Shown: positions 1 to 13,700, counted from the first letter of the stretch. The stretch: DNA of 64,000 nt from Nemertoderma westbladi (GCA_032718475.1 JAUCBJ010004510.1:1-64000), one strand, 5' to 3'. Notes: generated by a model from the letters alone, not told the origin. A program made the numbers and translations.

Positions 1-2214
1 GAAGACGGAGGAAGAACAGTGGAGTTCATCCGGGAGGTCGAAATGAGATCTCATGAGCGAGGACATTACGCTGAAGTCAAAGGAAGCGAGGGGGGACGAG
101 GAAGTGTTGCTACGGGCAACCAAAGAGGAAGGATGGACAGTGAACCATCGATAGTCGAGGTGGAGAAAGAGAGCCGGTGGGTTCGTACTCTGGGAGATTG
201 CCGTTGCCCCGGAGAAACATAACTTGGTGAAATATACCACACACAGGGGGATAGTCTGGGGTTGATGTTATTATATTGGGGCCCATACACCCATCTGCAA
301 TACCCCCCCTTCCCCGGGGTATATATTGTATCCCTGCATGTTATAGTCATACTGGTGTGCAGGTACCGGTATAGGCCTATCGGGTTCTTGCCTACTAACT
401 GGTATATATGCTGCGACCTCCGGGTCCAATCCCATCATTCGCGCTACCATATCGCCTACACTATCTCTCCCAGCATGGGCTATAGAATGTGCAGTAAGGC
501 CTACAGTATGTCCTTTAGTCTGCCTGTATCCCTCCAGATCGAAGTTTAATCTTCTAGAGTATTCCGAGAACTCCTCCCCATGACTACCATATTCTCGATC
601 GCAGCTACGTTCCGATGGGAAGTTTCCCTCCAATCCCCTCTCCTGTCTTCTTCCTCGTACCGGTACACTTGTCTTCCTTCCGTCTTCCGAGTGGGCTCGA
701 CATTTTTTCTTGTTTGGCCGCTTATGGCACCAATGTCCCTCCCTCTGCCTGGTTGTACCGTCCGATCACACCAGTTCTGGGTCTGTCGTCCGGTACCTGT
801 AAGTGGGGTGTTAACAAAGGTTTCCATCATCTCTGGTTCCTCATAAATACTTCCTGCACCAGCCTCGCTCTCTGATAAACCCATTTTTTCCAGTTCTAAT
901 CGGCGTTTTGCTTCGCCTGATATTGCATTAATCCCCTCAATCGGGTATGCATATCATCCCGCATTCATTTACCCCCCCCCCCCCCCCCCCCTCTCTCTCT
1001 ATTCTCTAATACTCTGATCAGCTATTTCTGCCTCTCTCGCAATCCTCTCAGCTTTCCTCACCTCCTGCTCTCTGCGCTCGTTCGTTTCTCTCTCAACCCT
1101 CACTGCCTCTCTCGCTTCTCGCTCTTTGCGCTTGTTCTCTTCTCTCTCAACCTGTACTCTACGATCATTTATTTCCTTATCAGCCCATTCAACCTCCCTT
1201 GCCTCCCGCTCTCTATAATCTCTCGCCACCTTCTCGGCCCTCTCTTTGCACTCTCTCGCTAGTTGCCTTTCCCTTTCTAGTAATACGGTCCCCTCATCCA
1301 GCTGTCTCTCTAGTTCCTTTTGATCCAGCGCGACTATGTCTAGCTGACATGCCAGATCTATCTCTAACACCCTTCTTGCTTTCGCGGAGGATGTAGCGGA
1401 CTATTAGATTGCGACGAACTCCCGTCGCCTGTTCGTCCTACTAATTTTGCTATGCTTACTAGCATTCCTACTAACTGACGACACTGAATCTTCGGGGTTA
1501 ACCTCAGGTTTGGCGTCATGCGGATCCGCCCATCCTACTAACTTAATCCCCCTTGCATCTACTAGATAGGGCCCTACGTACACTACACTAGCCGCCACCA
1601 CCTCGGATTGCCACAATTCGAACAGTTCTGTGGCGACCCTCCTCGCCCTCTCACTTGCCAGTTCCCCCTGCCCAAATCGGATTAAGTAGCGAAAATGTTT
1701 GTTGCACTCACCTAGCCTCTGGTACAACTTGGGCTGGTCTACCTTTCCTCCCTATCTAGCGTCCTTTAACAACTTCCTGGTGGCATTGTACCCTCGTCGT
1801 AGGCGATCGCTCATCCCGACATCTTCCTCCTGGACTTGAACTTCCCTCCTCATCCGGCGCCATACCATCAGCCCCACCTTTGCCGTTCCGGTGGGCTGTT
1901 GGCCACCCTCGGCCACTGGTTGTCCGGCGACTTCGGTACCTCGTTTGCCGCTGTGATCTCGCGTCGACTCACTCCCCTCTCCTCCTCGTACTCGACCGCT
2001 CTCCTCCTCAACGACCGGAGCATCCCTCGCTGGCGAATCCGGTGTGGCGCGCTGGTACCTTCTCATCGCTGCCGAATCGTCTGGTCTCTGTCGCTTGGGG
2101 TTCGCGGCAGGCTCGCTTCTCCCTCTGGACCTTGGGGCTGTTGTTTACTCTTTGTTGGCGCTGGCTGTGGTCACAGTTTATTTAAATGGGTGTTGACTCT
2201 CTCTGGTTTTTAAC
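1..2214 (-). mobile_element. Degraded gag-like internal region of a probable LTR retrotransposon (runs off the window edge)
   Basis: GC-richer, broken minus-strand ORFs (1752-2066, 1404-1727, 999-1370, 546-884) with E/R-rich coiled-coil and low-complexity character, directly downstream of an LTR-like segment. No pol domain is visible in the window. Confidence 0.45.
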
Positions 2215-2728
2215 TGTGACGGGATCCAGGAGTTGGTTTCTAAACCCCGACCAGTGTGTTGTTTGGTACTATACGCGTCGCGGCGTCTGTAGGCTGCTGA
2301 AAGGCTGTAGTCTGAATATTGAGGCCGAAGGCCGTTGGAATAACTGAGTTTTTAGTGTCAGTAGTTATAATGTCAGAACATATAATGGCACAGTCAGAAT
2401 ATAATAGCATAGTAATGACGACGGTTAAAAACTGTTCCGGTCTCACAACTCTACAGATACCAACTGAATCATAATCAACAAGTACAACGGTTATATTGCT
2501 AACACATATTAGTTACTCCTACTGTACTGAGCGGCCTGGCTAATAGATGCGTTCCAATCACCTGTTTTCCCCTCCCATCATTGGCTAACCTAATTAATTT
2601 CCATCTCGCCACCCCCTGTTGCCACTTTCCCCAATTGCTAGTCCCTTTGTCCCCTGAGATGGCTTATAGCCTCTCAACTCTATACGTGGCCGGCAGTGTG
2701 TGTTGCCTGAGTTGGTTATTATGTGACA
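2215..2728 (-). mobile_element. Putative 5' LTR (about 514 bp)
   Basis: The minus strand begins TGTCACA (2728) and ends CCCGTCACA (2215), giving TG...CA termini. A partner LTR is not in the window. Confidence 0.4.
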
Positions 2729-2823
2729 TTATATTTGTAATGTCACCTTCCAAACTGTAATTGGTAAAAAGCAATTTCGCCCATTTTCCGCTGGGTAGTG
2801 CAAGGAATTGAATCCGCTTACAG

Positions 2824-3336
2824 CTCTGTCATATCAAAAAATAATTTATGGTCGACTAAAATCAATTCCTGGTAGTTTGAATTTCCCGGTAACTTGTAGG
2901 TCGAGATTTTGACTGGCCATTCATTGGTTAGGGTAGTGGGAAACCATCCAATTGCACGTTTTTTGAATATAATTACTTAAAGTAAGGCGTGGTAGCTCAG
3001 TTGGCCTGCAATCTATTGGTTGTAGGTTCAGCCCCGCCAGGGTCCACTCAACCTTTCATCCACTGGGGTCGATAAAATGAGTACCAGTTAAATAACTGGG
3101 AGCAAAATCTTGGGATAGGAGTAGAGCCCACCCCTACCCTCGGGTAGCAGCTATCGAAAGAGGAGCCTTCGGGTCGCCTCCGGCTTCGGCCGACTGTTTG
3201 CTTTTTGCTACTTAAAGTAACCAATGAATGGCCTGTCCAAATCTCGCCTTACAAGGTACTGGGAAATTCAAACTTCCAAAAATTAATTTATGGTCGACCA
3301 TAAATTAATTTATGGTTAACCATAAAATATGACGAG
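2824..3336. mobile_element. MITE-like inverted-repeat element interrupted by a SINE
   Basis: Arm about 2840-2930 (TAATTTATGGTCGAC...GTTTGAATTTCCC...TGGCCATTCATTGGTTA) is the imperfect reverse complement of about 3218-3310 (TAACCAATGAATGGCC...GGGAAATTCAAAC...GTCGACCATAAATTA). Confidence 0.6.
2986..3208 (+). mobile_element. tRNA-derived SINE with 12-bp TSD
   Basis: A-box-like TGGTAGCTCAGTTGG and B-box-like GGTTCAGCCCC. Central CACTCAACCTTTCATCC...GGGGTCGATAAAATGAGTACCAG resembles a conserved metazoan SINE core (recalled). TSD TACTTAAAGTAA at 2974-2985 and 3209-3220. A second copy of the 3' half is at 6129-6289. Confidence 0.85.
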
Positions 3337-3813
3337 ATGGTGAACTTCTGAAAAAAAATTAATTGGCAAAGATCAGCCACCGTAAATACAATATCATTAA
3401 GTTTGGGGGAGGGGCAAGTCACTGAATTACGTCAATCAATACATGGATAGGTGCAGTTGTGCGTCTAACTTTAATTAATAATAGTTTTGGTGGGCAATTT
3501 GAATAATATGAATAAAGTTGCTAAGCTGCATTTCATCATTACACACATTATATCGGTACAATGACAAGTCCCCAAAAGGTGCCACCCTGCTCCATAGTGC
3601 GTGAAATTCAAATGATTGAAAGACCTGTAATTTGTACTGGAAAGGGTGGCAGATCAGATCTGCCACCTATATTTTGGCGGTAAATTCAAATCTGTTTTAA
3701 CATTGTATACATGAATAGAGTAAGACTAATAATGTAATTCATTGAATCAGAATAAATTATTTCTTATCGGTTTAACTCACTCATTCGTTACTGTTGTTGT
3801 TTTATCTATCTTG

Positions 3814-4167
3814 GGACTTCGAGCAGCACGTGAACAACTAAGCTGAATGGTTAACTAGTCTTGGACTTCGAGCAGCACGTGAACAACTAAGCTGACTGGT
3901 TAATTAGTCTGGGACTTCGAGCAGCACGTGAACAACTAAGCTGACTGGTTAACTAGTCTTGGACTTCGAGCAGCACGTGAACAACTAAGCTGAATGGTTA
4001 ACTAGTCTTGGACTTCGAGCAGCACGTGAACAACTAAGCTGAATGGTTAACTAGTCTTGGACTTCGAGCAGCACGTGAACAACTAAGCTGAATGGTTAAC
4101 TAGTCTTGGACTTCGAGCAGCACGTGAACAACTAAGCATACTGGTTAACTAGTCTGGGACTTCGAGC
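3814..4167 (+). repeat. 49-bp tandem repeat (about 7 copies; 2 inverted copies at about 4450-4550)
   Basis: Unit GGACTTCGAGCAGCACGTGAACAACTAAGCTGAATGGTTAACTAGTCTT, each containing CACGTG. Confidence 0.9.
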
Positions 4168-4655
4168 AAAATTGAAAATTGAGGAGGGTGGGGGCGGGGG
4201 GGGGGGGGGGTCGGGTGATTTGGCTTAACTTCTATTTCAGTAAAATCTAAAGAACATTTATTATTTGCTTGTATCAGTTATAATTACATCAGAACATTAT
4301 AATTATAACAATTATACACTTATACCTAGTATATTAATAGTAGATTTCAAGTAGATAGATGATAGAAAGGCACAGTGAATTGATATATTTTTGGCGGTTG
4401 ATTCAAATTACAGAATTATCATATTTCCATTACAAACTGTACACAGTCCCAAACTAGTTAACCAGACAGCTTAGTTGTTCACGTGCTGCTCGAAGTCCCA
4501 GACTAGTTAACCAGTCAGCTTAGTTGATCACGTGCTGCTCGAAGTCCCAGAATAGATAAAACAACAACAATAACGGATGAGTGAGTTAAACCGATAAGAA
4601 ATAATTTATTCTGATTCAATGAATTACATTTAGTCTTACTCTATTCATGTATTCA

Positions 4656-7600
4656 TGAATAAAACTCACAGGTCTGGTAATACATTAGACTTGGTATTGA
4701 CAAATTGTGATAACATTTCATTAATTAGAAATGTAGCCATCCATGATATTGGATTATCTGACCATTTTGCTATACATTTTAATTTAAACATTTCGAAACC
4801 AAAGTTTTCTGTAATTAACAATAAATTTCGTAAACTTCGATCAATTGACATGGACAAATTTGTATGTGATGTAAAAGACAGTGAATTGTTTAATTCGAAT
4901 TTTACTGATGTGAATGAACTAGTCGCATTTTATGACAACAGTCTTCGTAAAATTCTAGTCCAACATGCGCCTCTGCAAAATAAAAAATCTTCCACTCGTG
5001 TCAATGTTCCTTATAATAATGATATTGCTAAAGAAAAACAAATAAGACGAAAAATTGAAAGGAAATCAAGAAAATATATTCTCAAAACAGATAAGGATGC
5101 CTATAGAGATCAATGTCTCAAAGTTTCCGATTCCATCAAATTGGCAAAAGAAACGTATTTTAGAAAGTCATGGAAGAGAACAGTGGAAATCAGAAAAAGT
5201 TATTTTCTGTAGTCAGTGAATTAATTTCAGGCAACGAGAGGAAAAAGTTACCACAGTTTGATACTGAATCCGAAATGGAGTTTGCTGATTTCTTTGATGG
5301 TAAAGTATCAGGAATTCGTGAGGTTTTAGAAACTAATACAGATTTTACTGTTAACGATTGTGATCAATATCCGGTATATTCAGGTGAAAAGTTCAATGAA
5401 TTTACATCTGTTTCTCATGATGATGTTAAAGAATTATTGAATGATTCGAAACTTAAAACTAGTTGCAATACCCCTTTGCCATCATCAATGTTGAAATGCT
5501 GCATGGGAGTTTTGTTACCAATCTTTGTGTTAATAATTAATTTGTCTTTCACAATGCCAACAGTACCTACACTTTTAAAAAACGCCATTCTTAATCCACT
5601 TCTCAAAGAAAGGTTGCTGAATGTAGAGATTCTTAATAACTTCCGTCCGGTATCCAATCTTGTATTCTTATCCAAAATTGTAGAAAAAGTAGCAGCAAAT
5701 CAGCTAATACACCACATGAACTTGAATTCTCTTTACGAACCGTATCAGAGTGCATATAGAAAATATTACAGCGCCGAAACAGCAAGGCTACGCGTATCAA
5801 ATGATGCCTTGCGAAGCATCGATGATGGATCGGCAGTCTTATTAATAACATTAGATTTAAGTGCCGCATTCGATACTGTTGGCCATCATAAGTTATTGTC
5901 GATTTTAGAAAACGAAATAGGAGTTACTGGTCCAGCGTTACAGTGGTTCGAATCTTATCTAACCGATCGATCACAGCAAGTACGAATAGGAAATTAATTT
6001 TCTGAACAAAAAAGATTACGATTCGGAGTTCCGCAAAGATCAGTGTTGGGACCACTGCTCTTTAACATTTACACAAGATCTTTCTTTGTCGACCGTAATT
6101 AAGAGACACAACCTATCATATCACCTATCAAAAGCAAAAGCAAACAGTCGGCCGAAGCCGGAGGCGACCCGAAGGCTCCTCTTTCGATAGCTGCTACCCG
6201 AGGGTAGGGGTGGGCGCTACTCCTATCCCAAGATTTGCTCCCAGTTATTGACTGGTTATTGACTGGTTATTACCAGTTATTACCAGTCAATATCACCTAT
6301 ACGCAGACGATACTCAGATTTACATCGCGTTTAAGCCATCTACAGTAACTTTGATGAAACAGTTCGAGTCTCACAATGTTGCCTTAACGATATACAGTGC
6401 TGGATGAATAAGAACCTATTAAAAATGAACACTGATAAAACTAAGATACTAATTCTTAAATCTCGGTTTGGCCGCCTTATTGAGAGTCCAGGTATGCAAG
6501 TCTGTGACGATCTCCTCAAATTCTGTCCATTTGCTAGAGACATCGGTGTTTTAATTGGCGAGCATCTTACTCTCGAGAAACAAATCAGTGAAGTTGTGCA
6601 GACTTCTTTTTATCACTTGAGAAATATATCTAAGGTTAAACGTTTTTTTCCCAGACGTGATCTTGAAATCTTAGTTCATGCGTTTATTTCCTACAAGTTA
6701 GATTACAACAATGCACTATATTATGGTCTACCACAACGGAGTATTAGGAAACTACAGTACGTACAAAACAGTACTGCTCGATTACTCTGCAATGTTAATA
6801 AAATAGATCATATTACCCCTGTGTTGAAAAAACAACACTGGTTGCCAGTTCCTTGCAGAATCAACTTTAAGATTGCTGTACTGGTATTTAAATGTCTTAA
6901 TGTAATGGCGCCTACATATCTTAGTGAATTAATATCTTTGTACGGTCCAACCCGTGAATTACGTTCTAGTAATACAATGTTATTGTCTACACAAAGTTAC
7001 AATATTGAAAATTACGGTAGACGTGCATTCTCTGTAGCCGCCCCTTTGGTATGGAATTCGTTACCGAATGACATCAGAAACACTTCCAGTTTATTGTCCT
7101 TCAAACATTTGTTAAAAACTCATTATTTTATTGGAGGTTTTATTTAATATTTTATTGCCTCTGATTTTATTTATTTTATTTTATTTCATTTCATTTCGTT
7201 TTATTTCTATTTTTATTGGTTTTGTATTTTGGTAAATTATTTTTAAAATTAATCTTTAAGAAAAAATTAAAAGTGCCGTTTGAATTGTTATATTTATGTA
7301 TCATATATATATATAATATTTTTATTTACTTGATATTGGTATTGTTTTTCTCGTATTATTGATTTTTAACCATGGAATGATTGTTGTTTTATTTATATGT
7401 TATTTTTATGTTCTCATGTATGTTTTTAATACCCATAGGATGGAATATTTACTAAAATCTCAATTTCGTAACGATTTTTATTTTATTATGAACTACATAT
7501 TTTTACTGCAAATCTAGTGCAATCTATTAAATATTTTATATTATAGTCAGTTTTTATGCAATTCATGTTACATTAATCTGTATGTATGGTGTATTCTACG

Positions 7601-7669
7601 TATATTGATGTTCATATTTTCTTTGTAGCAAAGCGCCTAGAACATCGCGTATAGGCGCATTATATATAT
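4656..7669 (+). mobile_element. 5'-truncated, disrupted L2/CR1-group LINE (ORF2 endonuclease C-terminus + RT)
   Basis: THRSGNTLDLVLT and SDHFAI (APE end), NFRPVSNL, LDLSAAFDTV, YADDTQ (about 6299-6316) and HWLPV...FKI across frameshifted ORFs. The 3' end has AAGCGCCTAG...ATAGGCGC and an AT tail. TSD TATTCA at 4650-4655 and 7670-7675. Confidence 0.9.
6129..6289 (-). mobile_element. 5'-truncated copy of the SINE at 2986, inserted in the LINE RT
   Basis: Reverse complement of about 3085-3208. TSD ATATCACCTAT at 6118-6128 and 6290-6300, right at the YADD motif. Confidence 0.85.
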
Positions 7670-8219
7670 TATTCAATGTTAAAACGGATTTGAATTTACC
7701 GCCAAAATATCTGATCTGCCACCCTTTCTAGTACAAATTACATGTCTTTCTATCATTTGAATTTCCCGCGCTATGGAGCACCTTTTAGGGACTTGTGGTA
7801 CCGGTACCATGTACAGTACAGCAGTACTGCTGTATTGCTGTGCTACAGTAGTTGACAGTTTGATGGTATCTTTTGTAGTTCACAGCTGCACCGTACTGCC
7901 GTACCCGTAAGTGATAGCAATAAGCAATAAGTTTAATAAATTTCAGGACCTGGCAGCCTGGTTCCTGCCTCCTGACCTGATAAGTTGATTCTAGTTTTAT
8001 CCAATATCTGAATATTATTGACCTATAGCGATGTACAATGTAGCGGCTGTAATGTTTTTATACCCGTAGTTGATGCCCTCAGTTGATGCGACGATACTTG
8101 TATTTGCGCGGGCTCAGCCGGTTACCGGTGGCATGGTCAGATGGTAGATTGCTCGACGACGACCTCCCCACCCTCATGTATCACTGTATCCTGTCGTCTC
8201 GTGGTACACGGATGAGAAA

Positions 8220-8440
8220 ATGACATATTCTTACAAAGATTATTTTGATTCTTCCAAATTTGTCATTTTGGCAACTGGCGCTCTGTTCTTTTACATAATA
8301 TATGGATACGTTCAAGAGTTAATATTCCAACAGGATGAATTCCACTTACATGGATGGTATTTAACACTGGTGCAGTTTTGTTTCTATAGTTGTTTTGCAC
8401 TTTCGTTAAAGTTTAGCGGCTTTTCAAAAGGAGAACGCAG
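8220..8440 (+). CDS. SLC35B3: PAPS transporter 2, coding exon 1
   Basis: FFYIIYGYVQELIF...GWYLTLVQF matches PAPST2; donor CGCAG|GTAGGT (phase 2). The start codon could lie in an unseen upstream exon. Confidence 0.85.
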
Positions 8441-9091
8441 GTAGGTAACTCAGTAACTTTAATACCTGAATACCAAATACCGGTACCTATCGGTATGTAG
8501 GGCGTAGGGCCGTAGGGGTAGCGGTGACTACCGGCAACTGGAATAATCTTCATTATTATTATACGTACCCCCGTATCGTTACATATGTGCTTATGTAGAG
8601 TTTTATGGGAACATGCCATGTGATATTTTGTCCTGCGAATGGTCGTTAGCTACTGCGTCATATTAGGTCAGGTTTAGATATGAACCCAGTTTAAATGATG
8701 GATGCCGTTCGCGTCGAATAAATATTAACACTTTGTTAGGTTTTTAGGGTCTACAGTCAGACAGTAAGCCACGATTCTAAATATAATAATTTTCTTTATC
8801 ACATGGCCATTTCTTGTATGAACATACGTCATCAGTGATATAAATACAAGGGCCTATACGAGTACAAATTAACATTTTTTTTTAGAAAATTAATTTACTA
8901 TAATAGATAATAGAATTACCGGTAGTAGGCCTTCCTAGATACACAGTTATCATAAAGTGGAACTTAATAAATATACTGTAGAAGATACTAATTTGTCTGT
9001 TAATGTTGAAAAAAAAAGGAAATAAAAGATAGATATACATCCACGTAAACTATATAGAAGCTGAAACCAACATATATTATTATTGTAACAG

Positions 9092-9246
9092 GATTCCTCT
9101 ATCCGATTACATAATCCTAGCCGGTTTCACTCTCACAACAATGGGGTGCAGCAACACGTCAGTGGGGTACCTTAATTATCCAACCCAGGTTATATTCAAG
9201 TCGTGTAAACTCATTCCGGTAATGATCGGAGGTGCACTCATTCAAG
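9092..9246 (+). CDS. SLC35B3: PAPS transporter 2, exon 2 (155 bp)
   Basis: AG|G ATT CCT; translates RIPLSDY...TMGCSNTSVGYLNYPTQVIFKSCKLIPVMIGGALIQG; donor GTTCGT. Confidence 0.92.
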
Positions 9247-9757
9247 GTTCGTTTTTATTGACTTTGTTATTTAATTATTTTATCATTAAACATTATTTTA
9301 ATTTAATTTAATTTAATTTCGTGCATATAGTTATATAACTAAGCGTATAGCACAGTATACATAAAACCGGTAAATGTTAGAGCATTAGCACAAAATATTA
9401 AGTTGTTATAGTCTATAAATATAAATATAAATGAGATAGTAAAAACATAATATCCTAGCTTAGCTTAGCCCTTGAACTCGACGTGGAGGGGGCTCCATTG
9501 ACGCTAATCACATCACTTTAATCTCATGGCGCATTAACAGTAATAATTATCAAGGTTATTCTATTCTAATGAAAGTCAATAACACATGATAATATTTCAT
9601 AATCAGCAATTTTTTATTTATTATTTGGATTGCATCAATAGACACCCCCCCCCCCCAAAGTTATCTTTACTTTTTTTAATGGTTATTAAAATACACTAAA
9701 ATTCACTTTATGCTAGATTTATTTAAATATACAAATTTATTGCGTGTGTCTTCGTAG

Positions 9758-9865
9758 GAAAGCGTTACACTCCGGTTGATGTAGCCGCCGTACTCTCGAT
9801 GACTATAGGAATTATATTTTTCATTCTCGCTGACAATTCTGTTCAATCGGAATTTAATCCAAAGG
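9758..9865 (+). CDS. SLC35B3: PAPS transporter 2, exon 3 (108 bp)
   Basis: GKRYTPVDVAAVLSMTIGIIFFILADNSVQSEFNPKG; TAG acceptor, GTTAGT donor, frame-consistent. Confidence 0.9.
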
Positions 9866-10263
9866 GTTAGTTTGTAACACCAGTAATGACACCTGTAAAA
9901 CAATACTTTATATTAAGCTACGTACAAAAAAATGGGTTAAATATCCATTAGATGCAATCCAGACTATATGAATGCAATCGGCTGACATTAGTCAGCTGTT
10001 TAATATAGAGATTCCCAAACCACGAGCCTTTCTCAGAAAATTAAGCTAACAAATGATAGTCATAACAATGTATAACAGAACAGAATTCGTGGTACCGATT
10101 TTCTCACTATCAAAATATTTAACGGCGACGTTCATAAATTTGTAAGTGAGCTATTTAATAGGCCTATCTATTTTATTGAGATTGTAATAACAATTTCGTA
10201 CCAAAAATCTGCGTTCAGCCTTTTGTGGGTCGCATTTCGTCACATGTGTTTTTGATTATTCAG

Positions 10264-10361
10264 GTGTTATTTTGATATCAACGGCCTTAGCAAGTGATGC
10301 ACTTATCGGAAATTTTCAAGAAAAGTCAATGAAAAGATATGTGGCTCAAAATACTGAAGTT
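10264..10361 (+). CDS. SLC35B3: PAPS transporter 2, exon 4 (98 bp)
   Basis: GVILISTALASDALIGNFQEKSMKRYVAQNTEV; CAG acceptor, GTTAGT donor (phase 0). Confidence 0.9.
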
Positions 10362-10735
10362 GTTAGTTTTATAGTTTAATATATAATTATAATTTATTAT
10401 TTTATAATTAAATTATTAAGAATAATGGAAATTTCCCGGTATCACATTTAGGTTAGGCAATCACTTTTGGTTTGTAATACAAGTGTAATAAGTATAATAA
10501 TATAAGAAGTTAAAATTGAATGACATCTGAATATGAAAGCTGGACATTTGTGTCGTTGCGTCATTACATTGTCAATATGACAGAGCAGACAGTTGGCGGT
10601 TGTAGCAAATAATTCAATGCGGATTAACTATTTAATGGCTTAATATACATTTGCAAATAACAGCTGTTTACTCGCAAAAATAAAACTGTAACCTGTTGTA
10701 TTGACTTTATTTATTATTTTGGTTCAAATAACCTA

Positions 10736-13700
10736 CCTTATTAACTCTTACCTTTTCTAATGCAGGTACTCTACAGCCCTTATTAACTCTTACCTTTTCT
10801 AACGCAGGTACTCTACAGCCCTTATTAACTCTTACCTTTTCTAACGCAGGTACTCTACAGCCCTTATTAACTCTTACCTTTTCTAACGCAGGTACTCCAC
10901 AGCCCGTATTAACTCTTACCTTTTCTAACGCAGGTACTCTACAGCCCTTATTAACTCTTACCTTTTCTAACGCAGGTACTCTACAGCCCTTATTAACTCT
11001 TACCTTTTCTAACGCAGGTACTCTACAGCCCTTATTAACTCTTACCTTTTCTAACGCAGGTACTCCACAACCCTTATTAACTCTTACCTTTTCTAACGCA
11101 GGTACTCTACAGCCCTTATTAACTCTTACCTTTTCTAACGCAGGTACTCTACAGCCCTTATTAACTCTTACCTTTTCTATCGCAGGTACTCTACAGCCCT
11201 TATTAACTCTTACCTTTTCTAACGCAGGTACTCTACAGTCCTTATTAACTCTTACCTTTTCTAACGCAGGTACTCTACAGCCCTTATTAACTCTTACCTT
11301 TTCTAACGCAGGTACTCTGCAGCCCTTATTAACTCTTACCTTTTCTATCGCAGGTACTCTACAGCCCTTATTAACTCTTACCTTTTCTAACGCAGGTACT
11401 CTACAGCCCTTATTAACTCTTACCTTTTCTAACGCAGGTACTCTACAGCCCTTATTAACTCTTACCTTTTCTAACGCAGGTAGGTACTCCACAGCCCTTA
11501 TTAACTCTTGCCTTTTCTAACGCAGGTACTCTACAGCCCTTATTAACTCTTGCCTTTTCTAACGCAGGTACTCCACAGCCCTTATTAACTCTTACCTTTT
11601 CTAACGCAGGTACTCTACAGCCCTTATTAACTCTTGCCTTTTCTAACGCAGGTACTCCACAGCCCTTATTAACTCTTACCTTTTCTAACGCAGGTACTCT
11701 ACAGCCCTTATTAACTCTTACCTTTTCTAACGCAGGTACTCTACAGCCCTTATTAACTCTTACCTTTTCTAACGCAGGTACTCTACAGCCCTTATTAACT
11801 CTTACCTTTTCTAACGCAGGTACTCTACAGCCCTTATTAACTCTTACCTTTTCTAACGCAGGTACTCTACAGCCCTTATTAACTCTTACCTTTTCTAACA
11901 CAGGTACTCTACAGCCCTTATTAACTCTTGCCTTTTCTAACGCAGGTACTCTACAGCCCTTATTAACTCCTACCTTTTCTAACGCAGGTACTCCACAGCC
12001 CTTATTAACTCTTGCCTTTTCTAACGCAGGTACTCTACAGCCCTTATTAACTCTTACCTTTTCTAACACAGGTACTCTACAGCCCTTATTAACTCTTGCC
12101 TTTTCTAACGCAGGTACTCTACAGCCCTTATTAACTCCTACCTTTTCTAACGCAGGTACTCCACAGCCCTTATTAACTCTTACCTTTTCTAACGCAGGTA
12201 CTCTACAGCCCTTATTAACTCTTACCTTTTCTAACACAGGTACTCTACAGCCCTTATTAACTCTTGCCTTTTCTAACGCAGGTACTCTACAGCCCTTATT
12301 AACTCCTACCTTTTCTAACGCAGGTACTCCACAGCCCTTATTAACTCTTGCCTTTTCTAACGCAGGTACTCTACAGCCCTTATTAACTCTTACCTTTTCT
12401 AACGCAGGTACTCCACAACCCTTATTAACTCTTACCTTTTCTAACGCAGGTACTCTACAGCCCTTATTAACTCTTACCTTTTCTAACGCAGGTACTCTAC
12501 AGCCCTTATTAACTCTTACCTTTTCTATCGCAGGTACTCTACAGCCCTTATTAACTCTTACCTTTTCTAACGCAGGTACTCTACAGCCCTTATTAACTCT
12601 TACCTTTTCTAACGCAGGTACTCTACAGCCCTTATTAACTCTTACCTTTTCTAACGCAGGTAGGTACTCTACAGCCCTTATTAACTCTTGCCTTTTCTAA
12701 CGCAGGTACTCTACAGCCCTTATTAACTCTTACCTTTTCTAACGCAGGTACTCCACAGCCCTTATTAACTCTTACCTTTTCTAACGCAGGTACTCTACAG
12801 CCCTTATTAACTCTTACCTTTTCTAACGCAGGTACTCTACAGCCCTTATTAACTCTTACCTTTTCTAACGCAGGTACTCTACAGCCCTTATTAACTCTTA
12901 CCTTTTCTAACGCAGGTACTCTACAGCCCTTATTAACTCTTACCTTTTCTAACGCAGGTACTCTACAGCCCTTATTAACTCTTACCTTTTCTAACGCAGG
13001 TACTCCACAGCCCTTATTAACTCTTACCTTTTCTAACGCAGGTACTCTACAGCCCTTATTAACTCTTACCTTTTCTATCGCAGGTACTCTACAGCCCTTA
13101 TTAACTCTTACCTTTTCTAACGCAGGTACTCTACAGTAGTGTTGAGAACTGAATCAATTTTGACTAATTTCAGTTACAGTTACAGTTTCAGTATTCAAAG
13201 TTTTGCATTTCAGTTACAGTTGCAGTTTCAGTATTCAAAGTTTTGCATTTCAGTTACAGTTACAGTTTCAGTATTACAAAGTGTAACATTTCAGTAACAG
13301 TTACAGTTTCAGTTTTACAAAATTGAGCATGTCAGTTTCAGTTATAGATTCAATATATATGATCTCACGTAGTAAGCAGTCATCTGAAACTAAAAATGAG
13401 GCACTTTAATATATTACTGTAATATACGCTAATAATAATGTTCATTACGAAACGTCCTCTTTCTAGAGCTAATAGGTAGTTGTTGTAGGAAAGTTGGACC
13501 CACTCTATGGTAATATTTTGTAACCAATATACTGATAGTATGTAATGAAAGTGGCACGTCACAAGATCACACTAAGGCACCCACATTTTACTGTACATCT
13601 TGTTTCAGTGCTTGTACACTTATTGTTATCATTTATTGTTTTGGTTATAAAGCCATGGTACTGAATCCTGCTCATTTTCCTTAATTCGTAATTTGTTTTA

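Larger units (their letters stand above)
3564..7796. mobile_element. Foldback/MITE-like DNA element with long inverted arms; right arm split by a LINE insertion
   Basis: Left arm 3564-about 4167 is the reverse complement of 4445-4655 plus 7670-7796. The arms contain 49-bp tandem units. Confidence 0.8.

Noticed and set aside
2986-3050. tRNA gene
   Set aside because: Incomplete cloverleaf followed by a SINE body, tail and TSD.
3814-4167. 49-bp repeats as a CRISPR array
   Set aside because: No spacers; they are mirrored in the opposite arm of a foldback element.
10707-12237. Minus-strand ORFs encoding (PALEKVRVNKGCRV)n
   Set aside because: Antisense read-through of the 42-bp acceptor array; the frame is broken by 4-nt variants and a transposon, and there is no unique domain.
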